A DNA stretch of 64,000 nucleotides from Isurus oxyrinchus (taxonomy: Eukaryota): positions 186,001 through 250,000 of the forward strand of contig JANJGN010000151.1 of the NCBI GenBank assembly GCA_026770705.1, written 5' to 3'. Numbering within the stretch: the first letter of the stretch is position 1; every line of letters starts with the position of its first letter. The position numbers were made by a program, and so were the translations under genes. Positions 59,376 to 64,000 of the stretch are shown here, one piece after another. The notes beneath the pieces are model-generated. The model was not told the origin of the DNA and did no database searches. It was given only the letters and a program-made list of their open reading frames with translations.

Positions 59376-62291
59376 AAATAAAACATAACATTCTGAAATT
59401 ACCCTGCAGGTCAGGCAGAATCTGTGGCGATAAACAGAGTGAACGTTTCATGGCAATAACCCTTCAGCAGAACCGGGGTCATCGATTAGAAACTTTAACT
59501 CTGCTTCTCTCCACAGCCACTGCACTCCCGAATGGTACAGTTGGTGGTCCTCCTGCTTTTGAGCTTCAGATTCAACTCCAGGCTCCGTTGACAACGGGAA
59601 GAGTGTTGGTGTGACAGAACGCCGGTTTTTAATTAGCTTACAAAATCCTCTCGCCTCTCCATACTTTCCACAAGGCTGCAAAGTATATGACGACCCGGAA
59701 AACAAACAGGATCGACACCTGCTGTCTGACCTGTTGAGGATTCCCAGCACATTCGGTTTTTATTTTAGATTTGTAGCATCTGTCATGTGTTGCCGTTGTA
59801 CTAATGCAATGGGAACTGCGGATACATCATGTCAACATTGTCGAATTAGCGTCACTCTTAACCCCTGGGTCAAAAGGTTGTGGGTTGAAGCCTCAATCCA
59901 GAGAGTTGACCAGTGCTCACGGTGAGAGCTTATATTTGTTTTAAAATATTATATATTATATATTTTATATTATATTAATTTTATATTTGCCTTTCTGTTC
60001 TTTTATCCATTATTTTCTTACACTCAGGAGGAGGAATTAAAGACAGAGAAATTCTAGACAGTTTCTTCATCCAGCAAAGGACGGGTTCCTGGGACACTGT
60101 TGCTGCTTTGACCTTCCCGCCCTCTCCAAAAATACAAACAACATCTCCCTCCTTGGATTTGCAAAGGGAATTCTGACTGCCGGGCCCGGGCCAGACTGGG
60201 GCCTGATCCAATAATAATCAGAGTCCGGCTCCAGTGTAACAATAACAGAGGCTGCTGCTTCCATTAAGAGAGGCAGGAGGTCTGATAAACATCTGATCGT
60301 AATAGGGTGTGAAAGTGTGAGGAAGCAATGATGTTTAGGGCCTTAGCGCAATCTTCTGTGTTATAGTGAGTGACCCAGGGATTTGTGCGGTAAAAACGGA
60401 GCGGAAACATCATGACATAGGCCCGTGTGACTGACTCCACCTGACTGAGAGCTGTTACACCCAAGGGGAGGACAATAATGGCGGACTCCAGAGATTTCTG
60501 ATATCTGAGGCGTCAATGCTGCATCTGTCAGAGGAATAGAAAATAATCTACTCCTTCTCATTCTTACCGACAGTTCTTTATTTACACAGACACGCAAGGG
60601 CCGGACCTGGCAGCTTGTAGAAACCAATGTTTAAATCTTAAATGTTTAAATATAGATGAGCATTACAGTTTGTCCCATTCCCTGTAATCCTTCAAATTTT
60701 AACCCCTTTAAGTATTTATAGAATTCATTTTACTAAGTTACTATTAACCTGATTCCATCACCCTTTCGAGTTGTGTTTCCAGTTCAGAACAACTCGCCGT
60801 GTGAAAAAAAAATAAACAATTATCCTCCTGCCTTCCTGTTCAAAAAAGTAAATTAGCGTCCCCTGGTTACTGACCCTCCTACAGTTGAAATAGTCCCTCT
60901 TTATTCACAATATCGTAACTTTCATGATTTTGAACGCTTCTATTTAATAGACACAGAGAGGTGGAGAGAGATACACTAGAGAAATAAACAGAGATAAAAC
61001 TAGGAAAGGAGACTTAAAATGACAAAGGGAGACGGAATGTTGCAGAGAAACAGAGGAAACAAGTTTGGAGGGAAAGTGTGTGTGCCTAGCGGGTAGCGGA
61101 GGGGTGGGGGAGTGGTGTTAGTGGGGTGTGGAGGAGGACTTGGAGTGGGCGCGGGTGGTGGAGCATGACAACGAAAAATGAAAAGTAGCAAGATCTCATT
61201 TCCCCGTTTTAGGGACTCGAGGGAGCTCAGTGACTGACAATCCAGTTATGTCCTGGAAATGGAAGCTCTAAACGGATCACACAGGCTCATTTGTAAGTGT
61301 CACCGCAATGTGATCTGTGTGACTCTGCCCCGACTCTGTGGCCAGAAATAGGCCGCCTTGACAGATGTTCTCACCAGATTGTGGCCCCTGGATTTATTTT
61401 CTGCTCAGAAGTGAGATGTGCGGTTTGGAACCGGCAGCAGAGAAACAGGAAGTTGTGTTACCTGAGAATGAAACAGCAGGCGTCAGTTTCATGTTATCAC
61501 CGTGAACAGCCTTCCTGCCTGTGAGGGTGAACTCACTCTGACAGCATCAAGAACAACCACACAGATTGCTGTCGGCCTCAGTATTACATTCACCTCCATT
61601 CCCAATTTAAAGAATTAAATAAACGAGGTTATTTTGGTTATAACTTATTAACTGAAGGCGAGATTGACTGAATGTTATCACTGAGAGAAAAGAGGGGAAA
61701 TTAAAACAACAAAACCGCTCACAGGGGGTTATTCTAAAATGGAAAGTTTTAAGAGGGTTTGGTGCTGCCTCAGAGAAAGAGAGGAGAGAAGTTAAGTGAA
61801 TGAGCTGGTGTCTTTATGGCACTGAATTTTCCACTGATGAGGTATTGACACTTAATTTTTTTCAGTGATAATGTGCCTTAAGCAAAAGATTTAAACATTG
61901 GTTCCTCGAAGCTGCCAGATCCGGCTCTTGTGAGTCTGTGTAAGTGAGTTAAGTGAAGTCTGAGAGAGAGAAGAGAGGTTAACTGATTTAGGTGTATTCT
62001 GAGACAGAGGAAGAGAGGGAAGAAGTTCAGTGAGTCATTTCAAATATGTATTTACCATGATAATGGAATGGCCAGTTTGACATTACTTTCCAGTGCACTC
62101 AAGACAATGCATTACTGATAAATATTAATGGCAGCATAGGCAGCATATAGATATATTCTCAATAAACTATCGTAACTTGCTGAAAAATAATTATAATGTC
62201 TTTTGAAAGCAATGAAGCATGATATGCTCTAGATGTACCCGCACACATTCACACTCACACACACACGCACAGGCACACGCGCATGCTCAGC

Positions 62292-62425
62292 NNNNNNNNN
62301 NNNNNNNNNNNNNNNNNNNNNNNNNNNNNNNNNNNNNNNNNNNNNNNNNNNNNNNNNNNNNNNNNNNNNNNNNNNNNNNNNNNNNNNNNNNNNNNNNNNN
62401 NNNNNNNNNNNNNNNNNNNNNNNNN
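62292..62425. other. Assembly gap
   Basis: N run. Confidence 1.
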
Positions 62426-62854
62426 GAGCATTGGTTATTAGGAGCCTGCTGCCGCTCATTCGCCTTCAGATCTTGTCTCTCACAATCAGTGACCACGCCA
62501 AAAGCAAACAGACATTCCTGTTGAAAGATGGAAAAATATCTGTAAATTATAGAAACCTGTGAGCAATTGTCATTGATAAGCTCAAGTATGAATTTGTCAT
62601 CTCCAACACAATGCAGTTTGTGACTAAGTTGTGCAATGTGCAGTGCAATGTGGTTCATCTTTGTTTCTAATCCTCAACCTCATTGATGAAAGGAATGTTA
62701 CAAGATTCAGCCCAACCTTTCAGCACAAACAGGACACACATCACACTAGAGCAATTAGAAATTGCACACAATGCCTAATAGTTAGCATCAAAACTAAATG
62801 TATTCTTTCAAAACCTTTTGACCCAGAGGATATTATGACATTTTAAAAATCAAT

Positions 62855-62962
62855 ACTCACCTGTTCACCTGGCTCTCTCTCCACCTCTGTACAGTTATCA
62901 GAGGCTTTTTATAGTGAAGTAATAACTGAAACTTGGTCTAGTGTATTAATAAATGGGATTGG
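62855..62962 (-). promoter_or_regulatory. Possible Pol II promoter and short first exon
   Basis: CCAAT 62958-62962, TATAAAAA 62906-62913, CAG|GTGAGT donor at 62861/62860. Confidence 0.45.
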
Positions 62963-63029
62963 ACCTTTATAACATAAGGTGAGACACAGAAGAGTACAGT
63001 GATGAATGAAGCAGCCTAAAACAGTAATA

Positions 63030-64000
63030 TCACAGAATCATAGAATCACAGAACTTTAACGGCACAGAAGGAGGCCATTCTGCCCAACTTGTCTGCATCG
63101 GACCTCCAAATGAGCATTCTGACATAGTGCCATTGCCCTGGCTTTTCCCCGCACCCTAGCACTTTGTTTCTATTCAAATAATCATTTAACACCCTTTTGA
63201 ATGCCTCAGTTGAACCTGCCTTCCTCACACTTCCAGTCAGTGTATTCCAGGCCGAACCACTCGCTGTGTGAAAAAGTAAGTTCTCACGTCACATTTGCTT
63301 CTTTTGCAAACCACTTTAAACCTGTGCCCTCTCGTTCTTTATCCTTTTACGGATGGGAACAGTTTCTTCCTCTCTACTCTGTCCAGCCCACTCATGATTT
63401 TGAATACTTCAATCAAATCTCCTCTCAGCCTTCTCCTCTCCATGGAACACAATCCCAGCTTCTCCAATCTCCCCTCATAACTGAAATTTCTCATCCCTGG
63501 GTACATTCTTCTAAACCTCTTCAGCACTCTCTCCAATATCTTCACATACTTCCTTTGATATCGTACCAAGGACGGCACACAATATTCCAGCTGAGTTCTA
63601 ACGATATAAATTCAGCATAACCTCCCTGCTCATGTACTCTATGCCCCTATTAATAGAGTGCAGGATACTATATGCTTTATTAACTGTTCTCTCCACCTGT
63701 CCTGCCACTTTCAATTATCTATGCATATCTACACCCAAGTCTTTCTGCTCCTGCACTCCTTTCAAAACTCCACCCCTTATTTATTTTGCCTGTCCATGTT
63801 CCTCTTACCAAAATGCATCACCTCACACTTCTCCACGTTGAATTTCATCTGCCACCTATCTGCCCACTCCACCAACTTGTCTGTGTCCTCTTGAAGTTCC
63901 ACACCATTCCCCTGGCAGTTTGCAACACTCCCAAGCTTCGTCTCATCCGCAAACTTTCAAATTGTCCCCTGCACACCAAGGCCTAGATGGTTAATATATA
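63030..64000 (-). mobile_element. CR1 LINE 3' ~1 kb
   Basis: LERVLKRFRRMYPGMRNFSYEGRLEKLGL..RRLRGDLIEVFKIM; (ttctatga)n tail. Confidence 0.92.

Noticed and set aside
60105-60135. FGEGGKV on minus strand as a J segment
   Set aside because: No upstream 12-RSS and no splice donor at the expected distance

Overview
Vertebrate genomic DNA, almost certainly a cartilaginous fish (shark), judged from the CR1, Penelope and SINE landscape. Positions ~1-51,300 are a dense array of T-cell receptor variable (V) segments, best matching TCR alpha/delta: leader exon + V exon + 3' recombination signal sequence (RSS) with a 23/24-bp spacer. I count about 26 V segments or relics from at least six families (my labels A-F) in both orientations, built by direct and inverted block duplication. 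Only two look fully intact (130-628 + and 25749-26208 -). One is an open frame lacking the second Cys, and the rest are pseudogenes. No convincing J, C or NAR-type V segment was seen. Positions ~51.3-64 kb hold LINE fragments, a large inverted 27-bp minisatellite and a possible minus-strand promoter. Most notable: (i) CTCF-type motifs 21-25 bp downstream of the RSS in two V families that also share a 24-bp RSS spacer; (ii) a V family whose leader and V domain lie in one exon; (iii) a five-copy element with D-segment-like RSS geometry; (iv) Penelope insertions with target-site duplications and minimal hammerhead ribozyme motifs. All calls are by eye, with no database search.
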